NCBI GenBank assembly: GCA_963422745.1
Contig: OY730477.1
Coordinates: forward strand, 2,232,880-2,296,879
DNA: 64,000 bases
Source of the DNA: Acidimicrobiales bacterium
GTDB taxonomy: Bacteria; Actinomycetota; Acidimicrobiia; Acidimicrobiales; Aldehydirespiratoraceae
Direction of reading: 5' to 3'
Below the pieces are notes generated by a model, which was given only the letters and a program-made list of their open reading frames with translations, searched no databases and was not told where the DNA came from. Made by a program: the position numbers and the translations under genes. Positions 14,700-24,303 of the stretch are shown piece after piece; the stretch's first letter is position 1, and each line of letters starts with the position of its first letter.

Positions 14700-16963
14700 C
14701 CAGGCCTTTCATCGGCGCGACGTTGGCCGATAGCCGAGCCCCCAGGGTTCCACAGCCGTATCGCGGCGACGCGCCCAACATCGTGGTGATCGTCCTCGAC
14801 GATCTCGGTTTTGCCCAACTTGGTTGCTACGGGTCCGACATCGCAACCCCGAACATTGATCGACTGGCTGCGAGCGGAGTGCGTTTCACCAACTTTCACA
14901 CCACCGCCATCTGCTCTCCCACTCGCGCCTGTCTGCTGACTGGGCGCAACCACCACCGAACCGGCATGGGGATGCTGCCGGATCTGCCGATTAGCTATCC
15001 GGGCTATACCGGTGTGTTCCCCGACGACACCGCAACGATCGCCGAAGTGCTGCGCGACGCTGGTTACGCAACCTTTGCGATCGGCAAGTGGCACTTGGTG
15101 CCTCGCGACCAACGAGCGACCGGGCCGTTTGACATGTGGCCAACTGGTGTCGGCTTCGATCGCTATTACGGGTTCTTGAACGGGGAAACGAACCAGTGGA
15201 CACCGAACCTGATCCGTGACCAGCATCACGTTGAACCTCCGAGCAGACCCGAAGATGGCTATCACCTTGACGCCGACCTGGCCGATGAGGCGATCCGTCA
15301 ACTCCGCGATTATCGCCTTCACCAACCGAACCGTCCGTTCTTGTTGTGGTACGCCACTGGTTCCCCTCACGCTCCGCATCAAGCACCCCGAGAGTGGATC
15401 AACCGCTACGAGGGCTGCTTCGACGCGGGTTGGGATCTTTGGCGCACCCGTACACTCGCCCGCCAGCAGGAACTCGGTGTCGTGCCGAGCCATGTTGAGC
15501 TGTCGAAACGACCCGACTGGATCGAACCATGGAACGCTGTCGACCCGCAACGCCAGCGCCTTTATGCCCGGATGATGGAGGTCTTTGCTGGCTTTTTGTC
15601 ACACACAGACCATCACATCGGCCGGGTTTTGGACGCTGTTGAAGCTCTCGGCGATACCAGCAACACCATCGTGGCGCTTATCTCAGACAACGGCGCTTCC
15701 GCAGAAGGTGGCCCGCACGGTTCCTGGAACCAGTTGCGTCACTACATCGCCGATACACCCGACGATATTGAAACCGAACTCGCCCACATCGACGATCTCG
15801 GTGGTTTCCGCTCAAGCGGTCACTACCCCTGGGGATGGGCCCTGGCAGGCAACACACCGTTCCGGCGATGGAAGCGCTACACACTCGAAGGCGGTGTCCG
15901 TGATCCGCTCATCGTCTCGTGGCCCAAGAAAATCACCGACCACGGCTCGCTGCGTCACCAGTACATCCACGCCGTAGACGTACCGGTCACGCTGCTCGGG
16001 CTGGCAGAAGTTGAACTGCCAACAATGCGCGGCGGTATTGAGCAGACCTCCTACGACGGTGTCTGCATGATCGACGTCCTAGCTGACCCGAACGCACCGA
16101 GCCTGCGGACAGTCCAGTACTACGAATGCTGGGGCAGCCGCGCGATCTACGCCGACGGCTTCAAGGCCGTGACCGACCACGTCAACCAGCTCACCGCCAC
16201 GGAACGCAACCTCATCGACGGAAGTCACGACTTCGCCACCGACCGTTGGCAGCTATTTGACGTCAACAGTGACTTCACCGAAAGCAACGACCTCGCCTCT
16301 GAGCACGGTGACAAACTGGCGGACTTGATTGGGCTATGGAACCGCGAAGCTCAACGGAACCAGGTCCTGCCGATCGATGACGGTATGGGCAACCGGATAG
16401 CTCATTTGCATCTTCCCTGGTTTCAGTTCAAGGCTCGCCACGACCTCAAACCCGGTGACAAGATCCACGAGGTCAACGGCCCGAACCTGACCGGCGGGTT
16501 CCGCATGACCGCAAGCTTCGAGCTGGCACTGAGCACCAACGACACAGGCGTCGTATGCGAGCAGGGCGATTGGCTTAACGGCTGGGCCTGGTTTCTCACC
16601 GACGGTGCCGCTCACTGGGTTCTGGTAACCGACGGCGCCGAACACCGGGCGAAGCTCCCGCTGTGCGGCGGCGAACGACTCCTGGTGGTCGACGCGACGC
16701 CCAACAGCGATGGATGCCAGCTCAGTTTGCATGGCGACTCCGAGCATCAAACCACGGCAATCTTCACGGCCGCGCCGCCAGCAGTGTTGAGCCCGGACGG
16801 GTCGTTTCTCACGGTCGGATACGCCCGGCCGTTTCCGGTCAGCACCGACTACGAGCCGCCGTCTCCCGCTCCCGATTCCCTCGTATCGGTCCAGATCACA
16901 ACCGGCCCGCCACCGGTCCTGGACTTTGAGCAGGTCTTTGAGAACATGATGAAGCACCAGTAA
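14696..16963 (+). CDS. arylsulfatase (formylglycine-dependent sulfatase family)
   Basis: NIVVIVLDDLGFAQLGCYG...TTAICSPTRACLLTGRNHH (C-x-P-x-R motif). 755 aa. GTGA overlap with the SDR stop. Confidence 0.85.
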   Translation: MTRPFIGATLADSRAPRVPQPYRGDAPNIVVIVLDDLGFAQLGCYGSDIATPNIDRLAASGVRFTNFHTTAICSPTRACLLTGRNHHRTGMGMLPDLPISYPGYTGVFPDDTATIAEVLRDAGYATFAIGKWHLVPRDQRATGPFDMWPTGVGFDRYYGFLNGETNQWTPNLIRDQHHVEPPSRPEDGYHLDADLADEAIRQLRDYRLHQPNRPFLLWYATGSPHAPHQAPREWINRYEGCFDAGWDLWRTRTLARQQELGVVPSHVELSKRPDWIEPWNAVDPQRQRLYARMMEVFAGFLSHTDHHIGRVLDAVEALGDTSNTIVALISDNGASAEGGPHGSWNQLRHYIADTPDDIETELAHIDDLGGFRSSGHYPWGWALAGNTPFRRWKRYTLEGGVRDPLIVSWPKKITDHGSLRHQYIHAVDVPVTLLGLAEVELPTMRGGIEQTSYDGVCMIDVLADPNAPSLRTVQYYECWGSRAIYADGFKAVTDHVNQLTATERNLIDGSHDFATDRWQLFDVNSDFTESNDLASEHGDKLADLIGLWNREAQRNQVLPIDDGMGNRIAHLHLPWFQFKARHDLKPGDKIHEVNGPNLTGGFRMTASFELALSTNDTGVVCEQGDWLNGWAWFLTDGAAHWVLVTDGAEHRAKLPLCGGERLLVVDATPNSDGCQLSLHGDSEHQTTAIFTAAPPAVLSPDGSFLTVGYARPFPVSTDYEPPSPAPDSLVSVQITTGPPPVLDFEQVFENMMKHQ

Positions 16964-16971
16964 CGGTGGAT

Positions 16972-17616
16972 CTACCCACGCGAAGGTGACGCCCCAAAGA
17001 TCCCGGGCATGCCAACAAACCCTGGTATTCGTTTGACCCGGTCACTGAAGCGGCGCAACGCCGGGTAGTCCAGCCGGGAAATACCGCCCTCCTCGGACAA
17101 GATCACGTCCCCGAAGATGGCTAGGTCGGCGATCGTTGGGTGATCACCCGAACACACCCAGTCGCGGTTTTCGCGTTCGCGGAACCACAGATGTTCATCA
17201 AGGAAACCGAAGAGCTTGTGGGCACCAGCTCGACACGAGTCGATGTCGAAATCATAGTCGAAGTTCACATGCAGGCGGGCCGCAGAAGCGGTGTTGGTGG
17301 TGCCTTCCGCGAACAGCATCCATTGTGCGGTCTCGCCGAGCAGCTGGGGATCGCCGACCGGGTACCACAGGCCACTGGAATCGTACTTCGCGGCTAGGTA
17401 CACGAGGATCGCGTGGGCGTCGCGCAACACGTATCCGTCGTCGTCAATGACCGGGATGTGCCCGAGCGGGTTGATCTTCTTGAACTCGGTGCCCTTGTGT
17501 TCGCATCCCGGATAGAAGTCGATCGGCACTGATTCGTAGTCAACGTCGAGGATGCTCATCAACAACCGCTGCTTGTAGCAGTTGACCGACAGCACGTAGT
17601 CATACAACGTGATCAC
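16972..17616 (-). CDS. glutathione S-transferase-like protein (NdmE-like position)
   Basis: MITLYDYVLSVNCYKQRLLMSILDVDYESVPIDF...INPLGHIPVIDDDGYVLRDAHAILVYLAAKY is a GST thioredoxin-like N-domain. The GTG start forms a GTGA overlap with the upstream reductase stop. Confidence 0.75.
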   Translation of the reverse strand: MITLYDYVLSVNCYKQRLLMSILDVDYESVPIDFYPGCEHKGTEFKKINPLGHIPVIDDDGYVLRDAHAILVYLAAKYDSSGLWYPVGDPQLLGETAQWMLFAEGTTNTASAARLHVNFDYDFDIDSCRAGAHKLFGFLDEHLWFRERENRDWVCSGDHPTIADLAIFGDVILSEEGGISRLDYPALRRFSDRVKRIPGFVGMPGIFGASPSRG

Positions 17617-19394
17617 AGGTCAAGCACCAACCGGTCGGACCTTGCCCGTGACACACATGTCATGATCCGCTGGCCCGCCCGACGCTCCGATTCATTCAGG
17701 TAGACGTCTTGATGCTCGGGTTCGCCGTTGATCACCGTGGCCACACAGGTGCCGCAGGCTCCCTGCTCACATGACGACACGATGGGTATGCCGTGATTCC
17801 GCAGCACCTCAAGGATGGTAGATCCCGCGGGAACCGTCAGGGTTATCGCCGAGCGTGCCAGAGCGATCTCGAACGAAGAGGAGTCGTTGATCTCGGTTGT
17901 GTTCTTGAAGTACTCAAAGTGCACACTGCGATCGGGCCAGCCAGCGGCGGCTGCGATCCGCCGAGCCGCCTCCAGCATGGGCCCGGGCCCGCAGATGTAG
18001 ATGTTGGTGGCGTCGTGGGGTTCGGCCAGGATTCGTTGGAGTTCGGTTTGGGTCTGCTCGGGGGACAGCCCGAGGTGGTTGGTGACCGATCCGCGCAGTC
18101 CTTCGAGCACGTCGGGAAAAGCGAGATGGTTCTTGCTCTGGGCGAAGCAGTACAGGTCGAAGTTGAGGTTCATGCGGTCAAGCGCCTGGGCCATGGACAG
18201 CAAAGGCGTGATCCCGATTCCTCCGGCTATGAGAATCGTCCGAACCGAGTCGCGGCGCAGCGGAAAATTGTTGCGGGGCTCCGATACCGCCAGGACGTCA
18301 CCTTCACGGACGCTGTGATGCAGACAGTCCGATCCTCCTGCGGAGTTGGGTTCCAGTTTGACGCCGATGCGGTAATACGATGTCTCGCCGGGGCCGTTGG
18401 TGATCGAATACTGGCGTACGAGACCGTTCGGGAGGTGCACATCAATATGTGCCCCGGGTTGAAATGTAGGCAGCGAACCGGAAACCGGATCGAGCTGAAA
18501 CCCAGCGATGTCTTCGCTTACCTGCCATTTGCGTCCTACCGTGACCCGCAACGCTGCCCGGCGCCCGCCGCCGGGCTCGGGGAGTTCCGCCAGACGCAGC
18601 GGTAGGTTTTCGAGCGTTGGCACCATCGGCTCAGGTTGTGGCAGTCCTGCGGCCTCGGCATTGATCCTGTTGATGAGCTCGGTGAGTTCGTGGGCGTAAT
18701 GACGCCACACCGCCATCTGGTCCTGCGGCGGTGGGGACTCGGTGAGCACACCGCGGATAACCGATCGGGCGGAGTCGACCGGCTGCACGAAGAACACGGC
18801 CGTGGTCACCGCTTCGGCGTCGCGGGCGCTCAAAGTGATTGAGTAGTCACCGACCTCGTCGACGGTCACCTCGGCGTCGTTGCCTTCATCGGCGACAAGG
18901 GCGTTGATGCGCAGCGACGGAGCGAAGCGGTGATTGCGAAGGTGTTTCAGTACCAACTCCGCGGAGGCGTCGACCGGCAAGTTCCGCAGCACGAACGGCG
19001 TAGCGTCGGTGAGGCAGTCGACCGTGGGACCGTCCCCGACGGGTTCCTCACCGGTCCAGATAAGCCCGTAGCGCAGCACCACGGGAAAGATCCGATTGCA
19101 GATCGTGCGGGCCGGGGCGTCAGCAGGATGGGCGGGGATGTAAGTACAGCCCGCCGACCGGTTGGCGTAGCGCCAGCCGTGGTACCCGCAGCGAAGTTCG
19201 GTGCCGTCGCTAGTCCCGATGGAGAGCCGCACACCACGATGCAAGCAGCGGTTCTCCCACACATTGACGAAGTCGTCGTCGGCTCGCCAGATAGCTAGTT
19301 CCCGGCCGAGGAGTTGGCCCTGATACACGTGGCGATATGGCACGTCGAATTCACAGGCAACAGGATGCCAAAGCGTGAACGGGTCGATTGTCAT
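17613..19394 (-). CDS. Rieske [2Fe-2S] domain fused to an FNR-like flavin reductase and a plant-type [2Fe-2S] ferredoxin (NdmD-like)
   Basis: N-terminus CLHRGVRLS-x-CGYHGWRY (Rieske). Middle RQYSITN...ILIAGGIGITPLLSM (flavin/NAD binding). C-terminus CEQGACGTCVATV...TCVSRA (2Fe-2S). ATG 19394 (MTIDPF...) lies 1 nt after the upstream stop. Confidence 0.85.
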   Translation of the reverse strand: MTIDPFTLWHPVACEFDVPYRHVYQGQLLGRELAIWRADDDFVNVWENRCLHRGVRLSIGTSDGTELRCGYHGWRYANRSAGCTYIPAHPADAPARTICNRIFPVVLRYGLIWTGEEPVGDGPTVDCLTDATPFVLRNLPVDASAELVLKHLRNHRFAPSLRINALVADEGNDAEVTVDEVGDYSITLSARDAEAVTTAVFFVQPVDSARSVIRGVLTESPPPQDQMAVWRHYAHELTELINRINAEAAGLPQPEPMVPTLENLPLRLAELPEPGGGRRAALRVTVGRKWQVSEDIAGFQLDPVSGSLPTFQPGAHIDVHLPNGLVRQYSITNGPGETSYYRIGVKLEPNSAGGSDCLHHSVREGDVLAVSEPRNNFPLRRDSVRTILIAGGIGITPLLSMAQALDRMNLNFDLYCFAQSKNHLAFPDVLEGLRGSVTNHLGLSPEQTQTELQRILAEPHDATNIYICGPGPMLEAARRIAAAAGWPDRSVHFEYFKNTTEINDSSSFEIALARSAITLTVPAGSTILEVLRNHGIPIVSSCEQGACGTCVATVINGEPEHQDVYLNESERRAGQRIMTCVSRARSDRLVLDL

Positions 19395-19395
19395 C

Positions 19396-20289
19396 TCAAC
19401 CGGTGCCGGGGATAACCCCATAGGTGACGCCGAGGTCGCTCAACCAGCGACGGTAGGCAATCGCCACCTTGTCGGCACGGATCGGGGTCTCGGCCCGCGG
19501 ATCAAGCGGCAGTCGTTTCGGATGCTGGTTCTCCAAGATGGGCTTGTCCTGACCGAAGATCGTTTGCTGAAAGCGCCGGATCACGGTGGCGGTGTTCTCA
19601 TCGTCAACAAGGCACATAAGCATGCACGCCCGGATTCGGTCTGCCGCAACAGGCTGGCAGAACAACCCGATCACATCCATCCGCTCTGGATCAGCCGGAC
19701 ATGACTTGTACAACAACACGCAATAGGGGTGCGGCACCCGATAGATGTAATCTGTCATCTGGCCCCCGGTGGCGGTCACCGCGGCCATCGGCTGCCAGAA
19801 CATGCAATCGGTTGCCCAGATGTCGTTTGTGTCGGGATCGACCCGGACCTGATAGTCCGCAACCTCGGTGTGCGGTTCAACACCAAGGATGTTCGTGTGC
19901 ACGAACGGAAAATGACCCATATCCAAAAAGTTCTCAACCGCTCGAGGTGCAGAGGTACTCACGCCGATGGTGCCAGTATGCACGCTCCTACGATCGGGCT
20001 CATAGAACTCCGCCACCTCAAACAACTCGTCCGGAGGGTCGCCGAGGCTGGTCCACAGATTCAGATACTGCAACCGGGTTGGTAATGCTTGAGCGGTTGC
20101 GTCCCGGGTCCGCCGAACAAACGGTCGGCCGTCTCCGGACATGGTCACCTCAACGGGTTCACCAAGCAGGGTCGTCGTGTAGACCACACCGACCTCAAAC
20201 TGCTCAATTGAGCCCAACGGATGCCACTGATCCAAAACAACCCGGTCATCGCAGCGCGGTGCGGTCCCTGTTTGAGTAGCCGACGTCAT
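19396..20289 (-). CDS. Rieske-oxygenase catalytic (non-heme iron) subunit lacking the Rieske cluster ligands (NdmC-like)
   Basis: ENFLDMGHFPFVH matches the mononuclear-iron motif of Rieske oxygenase alpha subunits. The N-terminal ~100 aa have no CxH...CxxH. ATG 20289 is preceded by GGAGG; the track start at 20469 runs through a relic fragment. Confidence 0.7.
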   Translation of the reverse strand: MTSATQTGTAPRCDDRVVLDQWHPLGSIEQFEVGVVYTTTLLGEPVEVTMSGDGRPFVRRTRDATAQALPTRLQYLNLWTSLGDPPDELFEVAEFYEPDRRSVHTGTIGVSTSAPRAVENFLDMGHFPFVHTNILGVEPHTEVADYQVRVDPDTNDIWATDCMFWQPMAAVTATGGQMTDYIYRVPHPYCVLLYKSCPADPERMDVIGLFCQPVAADRIRACMLMCLVDDENTATVIRRFQQTIFGQDKPILENQHPKRLPLDPRAETPIRADKVAIAYRRWLSDLGVTYGVIPGTG

Positions 20290-20422
20290 CTCGGACCTCC
20301 GGGCAGACTCCGTAACCAGAGAATCATCCACTAATCCCAAAGCATGGTCAAGGCAGTAGCACTCGTACTTCACCCTTTCATGGACTTGCGGTCGTGTCAG
20401 GCTGCTGGCTCTCGGCAACATT

Positions 20423-20532
20423 TTGCTGGTTCGGTAGAACCGGTCGTCGCTAACCAGCAGGCTCCTCATGTTTCAAGCATTACGGTCTTCGATGAAGTGG
20501 CTGACTATCTCCTCTGCAGTGGCGGGCCTAGC
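20423..20532 (-). pseudogene. relic of about 110 bp from the 836-aa HhH-repeat gene
   Basis: ttgctggttcggtagaaccggtcgtc...gcgggcctagc matches 22407..22516. It encodes ..EEIVSHF.EDRNA...DDRFYRTSK.., as in ORF 21657..24167. Confidence 0.7.
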
Positions 20533-20558
20533 TGGCGCCTCGAGGTCGGAGTCGGGTT

Positions 20559-21479
20559 GTGATCGATTCGTTCGAGACCTTCGTCACCGAGCGGTATCCG
20601 GCCGGGAAGTTGACGCCGCTCAGTGATTCGAACAACCGGGTGTACCGCGTCGACGATTCGGGGGCGTCTCTGATCGTCAAACACATCACCGACGTAGACA
20701 TACCACTCGACTACCTCGCCACCGTGAACCACGTGATCGGAACCCGGCTGCCCACCCAACGGGTGGTCGAGATCCACCAGGCCGATGCCGACCGAGCGCT
20801 CGACATCGTGATCTCCCAATACGTGCTGGGCGTCGACCTCGCGTCGGTCGTCGGCCAACCGGATCGCAGCCCCGAGCCGGACACGCTGGCCCGGTTCTTC
20901 GTCGACTTCATCGAATCGATGTTTGAGGCTCCTCCACTGCACCCTGGCTTCGGGCTTTTTAAGCGAGGCGCCCCCATGTTCGACCGCCGATCCGAGTTCC
21001 TCGAGTACTACGCATCCCGATACTGGGGGCGGGCTCGACCCTTCTTCGACCACTCGGTCCAGGCCCTGGTGGATCGATGGGTCGGGGGCGGGCTGGGGGC
21101 GGCCGTCGCCGCCGAGGACGCCGACGCCACGGTGGCGATCGACGCAAATCTGAAGAACTTCCTGGTCTCGCACGACCGCTCGCTGACCGTCCTCAACGTC
21201 CCGATCGCTGGCACCTCGTCGGTCAGCCACGCCGTCGGAGCCTTGAGCGTGCACCTTCGCCACCACCCGGCCCGAACCTACTTCCTCGACGAAGCGAGCC
21301 GACGACTCCAGTCAGTTTCCACCGACCTGATCCCCCACTTCGAGATGTGGAACATGCTCGGGATCCTCTCCTTTTATGCGGTTCGAGAGCCAGACGAGCC
21401 CGACCGATGGAGGAACTTCGCCTCGCCCCGGGGACTGCGGGACGACTTCGAAGACCTCGCCCAGTCGGCGATCGGCTGA
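20559..21479 (+). CDS. putative kinase-like (APH/ChoK phosphotransferase fold) protein
   Basis: NNRVYRVDDSGASLIVKH (nucleotide-lobe-like) and AIDANLKNFLV (DxxxxN catalytic-loop spacing). No clear DFG/IDW equivalent was seen, so the call is weak. The antisense ORF 20505..21266 was judged spurious. Confidence 0.35.
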   Translation: MIDSFETFVTERYPAGKLTPLSDSNNRVYRVDDSGASLIVKHITDVDIPLDYLATVNHVIGTRLPTQRVVEIHQADADRALDIVISQYVLGVDLASVVGQPDRSPEPDTLARFFVDFIESMFEAPPLHPGFGLFKRGAPMFDRRSEFLEYYASRYWGRARPFFDHSVQALVDRWVGGGLGAAVAAEDADATVAIDANLKNFLVSHDRSLTVLNVPIAGTSSVSHAVGALSVHLRHHPARTYFLDEASRRLQSVSTDLIPHFEMWNMLGILSFYAVREPDEPDRWRNFASPRGLRDDFEDLAQSAIG

Positions 21480-21656
21480 GGTGGCATCGTGATACTCACC
21501 GGCCAGGCCATCTCCTGGGCTGTGCGCAACGCGACGATCGTCATCGACCCGTTCATCGAATCGAGCGTCAACCCGAACAGTCACAACTAACGGCTGCCTC
21601 AACCCGACTCGGAGGATGTTCCCCGGTTCGTTGCGCCTTGCAGCGTCTGCCGCGAG

Positions 21657-24167
21657 TTACTGCTCGACAACAGCGGTGTCGCCCGGTAGGAGCGGTATCA
21701 GATCATCATCACCACGGCTTCGCAGTGCAGCGAGAAGTTCAGGTTTGGAGACACCGATCGCTGCTGCGAGAGCGCCCTGCACATCAGGTTCGTCACCGAT
21801 CCCGGTCAGGGCCTTCAATCTTTGCAGACCCTGTTGAGAGACATCCACAAGATGACACGTCGCGTATCGGTGTTTGGTGTTGAGTTCCATCACGAGCAAA
21901 TCTTCGGGTTGGCCACCCAGTGCCTTCACCGCTGGGCGCAGTGAACCCAACTCGGCACCATAAGAGGTCGCGTGCCAATAGAAGGCAATGTCCTGATGTA
22001 TTGACGCGAACTTCAGGCGCTGGCCCGGACGAAGATCAAGTTGCGATGCCATACCCGGATCGATCACCCGACCTGATCCTCGCAACAGTTCTTCGTTCAC
22101 AACGAAATGGGTGATCAGCCGAGAAGGCGATGGCCGGAAACATTGTCCAGAGTCCTTGAGCGGCCGTGGCTTGAACTCGAATGCTTCATCGTCGCGGCGT
22201 TTACGGACAAATGATTCCTCGATCACGAAGGCGGGAGCCTTGAGATAAGTCCTTACTGAACTCTCCGCTACGTCAAATAGCGACACGAGTTCCTCGATGA
22301 GCATAGCTACGTCGGTTCTGCCCCCATCTCTGTCGATCCTTTCAATGATCTCATTCGTGATACCCGAATACTCTTCTAGTTCCCACTCGCGTAGCGCCCA
22401 CTCGAACTTGCTGGTTCGGTAGAACCGGTCGTCATTGGCTAGTGCGTTCCTTATGCTTCGGGCATTGCGGTCTTCGGTGAAGTGACTGACGATCTCCTCG
22501 GGTGTAGCGGGCCTAGCCAACAACGCAAACACGACTGCTGCTTTGTCGGGAATTGTCCCATACCACTTCACAAAAAGACCATCACCGATGTCTCGCAACA
22601 GGCCAATGCTTGATATGACACTGGTCAGGGTGGACGCGGGTATCTCTGCTTGGGCCATGATTTCTATGAGCTGGTCGCGCGTGAGCAGTGGCCGGTCGTG
22701 ATCGCGAATCGCGCGGGTCACAGCGACTTTGGGATTTTCTCCTGCTCGGACAAGCCAGTCGTCTTGTTTGTTGTATGGCCCCGCATACCATAAGACGATC
22801 CGTTGTTCGTCAGATTCATCGGCGAGGACCGACAATGCCAGTGAGCTGTTGAGCGGTACACCCGAACCGAGTTGGGTTGCAAGGTCATATGCCCGCCAGC
22901 GGAAAGTTTCAAGTCGATGGTCGTTCTCGATGGCGTTTCTGACGACACTGCTGGCTCGTTGATTCTGCCTGCGCGCAGCTTCTGCAGTAATTCCAAAACG
23001 CTTACCCAATACTGCGAACGATGGCGGTCTATCTGTACGGTAGAGATTCCTCTCAGACCAGATGTGGCGTTTGCGTTCATCGCCTAAGATGTCTTGCACG
23101 CTGAATGCATCATCGGCTTCTACCTCCTTAGACTCCTTGACGGCTCCCCAGGACTGCAAGGAACACGAAAGAAGCTCATCCGCTGCGTTGACCACATCAG
23201 GGGGTGCTGCTGTCGGGTGCCATCCCAACAACTCGACCATGTCACCGAGGGTCGGGCTTTCGCGACCCTTGTACCGTAACCACCGGATCAGAAGCGCTGT
23301 AGCTGAACAGACTGAAGCGGGTAGCTGCAGCACCGGTATTGGTTCTGCTGCATGCCGACGACACCATTGCAAAATATCATCTACGGTTTTGTCGCCAACA
23401 TTGCGAATCCCCTTAATCGCGTTGATATCCAAACCCAGAATCTGTTCCCATGAATCAATACCAGCAATACGAAGGGCATTGCAGGCTCGCATTGGTAACT
23501 CAGCAACCGGTGCTGGACCCTGCCGCGCGGCGAGCGCCGGAAACATCTCATCAATCCGACTGACCTCAGATATGACGAAACCCGTAGATTGACCGCTATT
23601 CGACTCCGGTTCTGCTGCATGCCGACGACACCATTGCAAAATATCATCTACGGTTTTGTCGCCAACATTGCGAATCCCCATGATCGCGTTGATATCCAAA
23701 CCCAGAATCTGTTCCCATGAATCAATACCAGCAATACGAAGGGCATTGCAGGCTCGCATTGGTAACTCAGCAACCGGTGCTGGACCCTGCCGCGCGGCGA
23801 GCGCCGGAAACATCTCATCAATCCGAGTGATCTCGGATATTACAGAACCCCTAGATAGGCCGCTGTTGGGCTTCGGTTCTGCTGCATGCCGACGACACCA
23901 TTGCAAGATGTCGCTTACGGTCGTTTCGCCAACATTGCGAATCCCCTTAATCGCGTCAATGTCCAAATCCAGAATCTGTTCCCATGAATCAATACCAGCA
24001 ATACGAAGGGCATTGCAGGCTCGCATTGGTAACTCAGCAACCGGTGCTGGACCCTGCCGCGCGGCGAGCGCCGGAAACATCTCATCAATCCGAGTGATCT
24101 CGGTCGTGGCCGAATCCCCAGATGGGCCGCTGTTGGGCTTCGATTCAACTATTTGTTTGTTCACCAT
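21657..24167 (-). CDS. 836-aa protein: three tandem RpoA-alphaCTD-like helix-hairpin-helix repeats plus a large uncharacterised C-terminal region
   Basis: Long uninterrupted ORF. The N-terminus has three 89-aa units ...VAELPMRACNALRIAGIDSWEQILGLDINAIKGIRNVGDKTVDDILQWCRRHAAEP. The pattern L..R..N.L...GI.....L......L..I.N.G.K....I matches the RNA polymerase alpha C-terminal domain. GC is visibly lower than in the flanks. Confidence 0.7.
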   Translation of the reverse strand: MVNKQIVESKPNSGPSGDSATTEITRIDEMFPALAARQGPAPVAELPMRACNALRIAGIDSWEQILDLDIDAIKGIRNVGETTVSDILQWCRRHAAEPKPNSGLSRGSVISEITRIDEMFPALAARQGPAPVAELPMRACNALRIAGIDSWEQILGLDINAIMGIRNVGDKTVDDILQWCRRHAAEPESNSGQSTGFVISEVSRIDEMFPALAARQGPAPVAELPMRACNALRIAGIDSWEQILGLDINAIKGIRNVGDKTVDDILQWCRRHAAEPIPVLQLPASVCSATALLIRWLRYKGRESPTLGDMVELLGWHPTAAPPDVVNAADELLSCSLQSWGAVKESKEVEADDAFSVQDILGDERKRHIWSERNLYRTDRPPSFAVLGKRFGITAEAARRQNQRASSVVRNAIENDHRLETFRWRAYDLATQLGSGVPLNSSLALSVLADESDEQRIVLWYAGPYNKQDDWLVRAGENPKVAVTRAIRDHDRPLLTRDQLIEIMAQAEIPASTLTSVISSIGLLRDIGDGLFVKWYGTIPDKAAVVFALLARPATPEEIVSHFTEDRNARSIRNALANDDRFYRTSKFEWALREWELEEYSGITNEIIERIDRDGGRTDVAMLIEELVSLFDVAESSVRTYLKAPAFVIEESFVRKRRDDEAFEFKPRPLKDSGQCFRPSPSRLITHFVVNEELLRGSGRVIDPGMASQLDLRPGQRLKFASIHQDIAFYWHATSYGAELGSLRPAVKALGGQPEDLLVMELNTKHRYATCHLVDVSQQGLQRLKALTGIGDEPDVQGALAAAIGVSKPELLAALRSRGDDDLIPLLPGDTAVVEQ
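23341..24141 (-). repeat. 267-bp tandem repeat x3 (in-frame, 89 aa each) inside ORF 21657..24167
   Basis: The marker ggttctgctgcatgccgacgacaccattgcaa occurs at 23341, 23608 and 23875, giving a period of 267. Confidence 0.9.
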
Positions 24168-24303
24168 AAGCCATGTGATTCAGCTCATCATAGGTCCCTT
24201 GGTTCAGTGGCGCACACTAAGCCCTTCGCAATGGGGAACCAGCTCGCGGACCATTCCGAACGGTGGCCTCTGAGTGCAGCTCACCCGACCCCGGATGGGC
24301 CGA

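Noticed and set aside
14639-15550. 303-aa minus-strand ORF
   Set aside because: It is antisense to the arylsulfatase gene, which carries the diagnostic CSPTR motif.
20505-21266. 253-aa minus-strand ORF overlapping the kinase-like gene
   Set aside because: It is an Arg/Gly/Asp-rich low-complexity translation, typical of an antisense frame in high-GC DNA. The plus-strand ORF has at least weak kinase-fold motifs.
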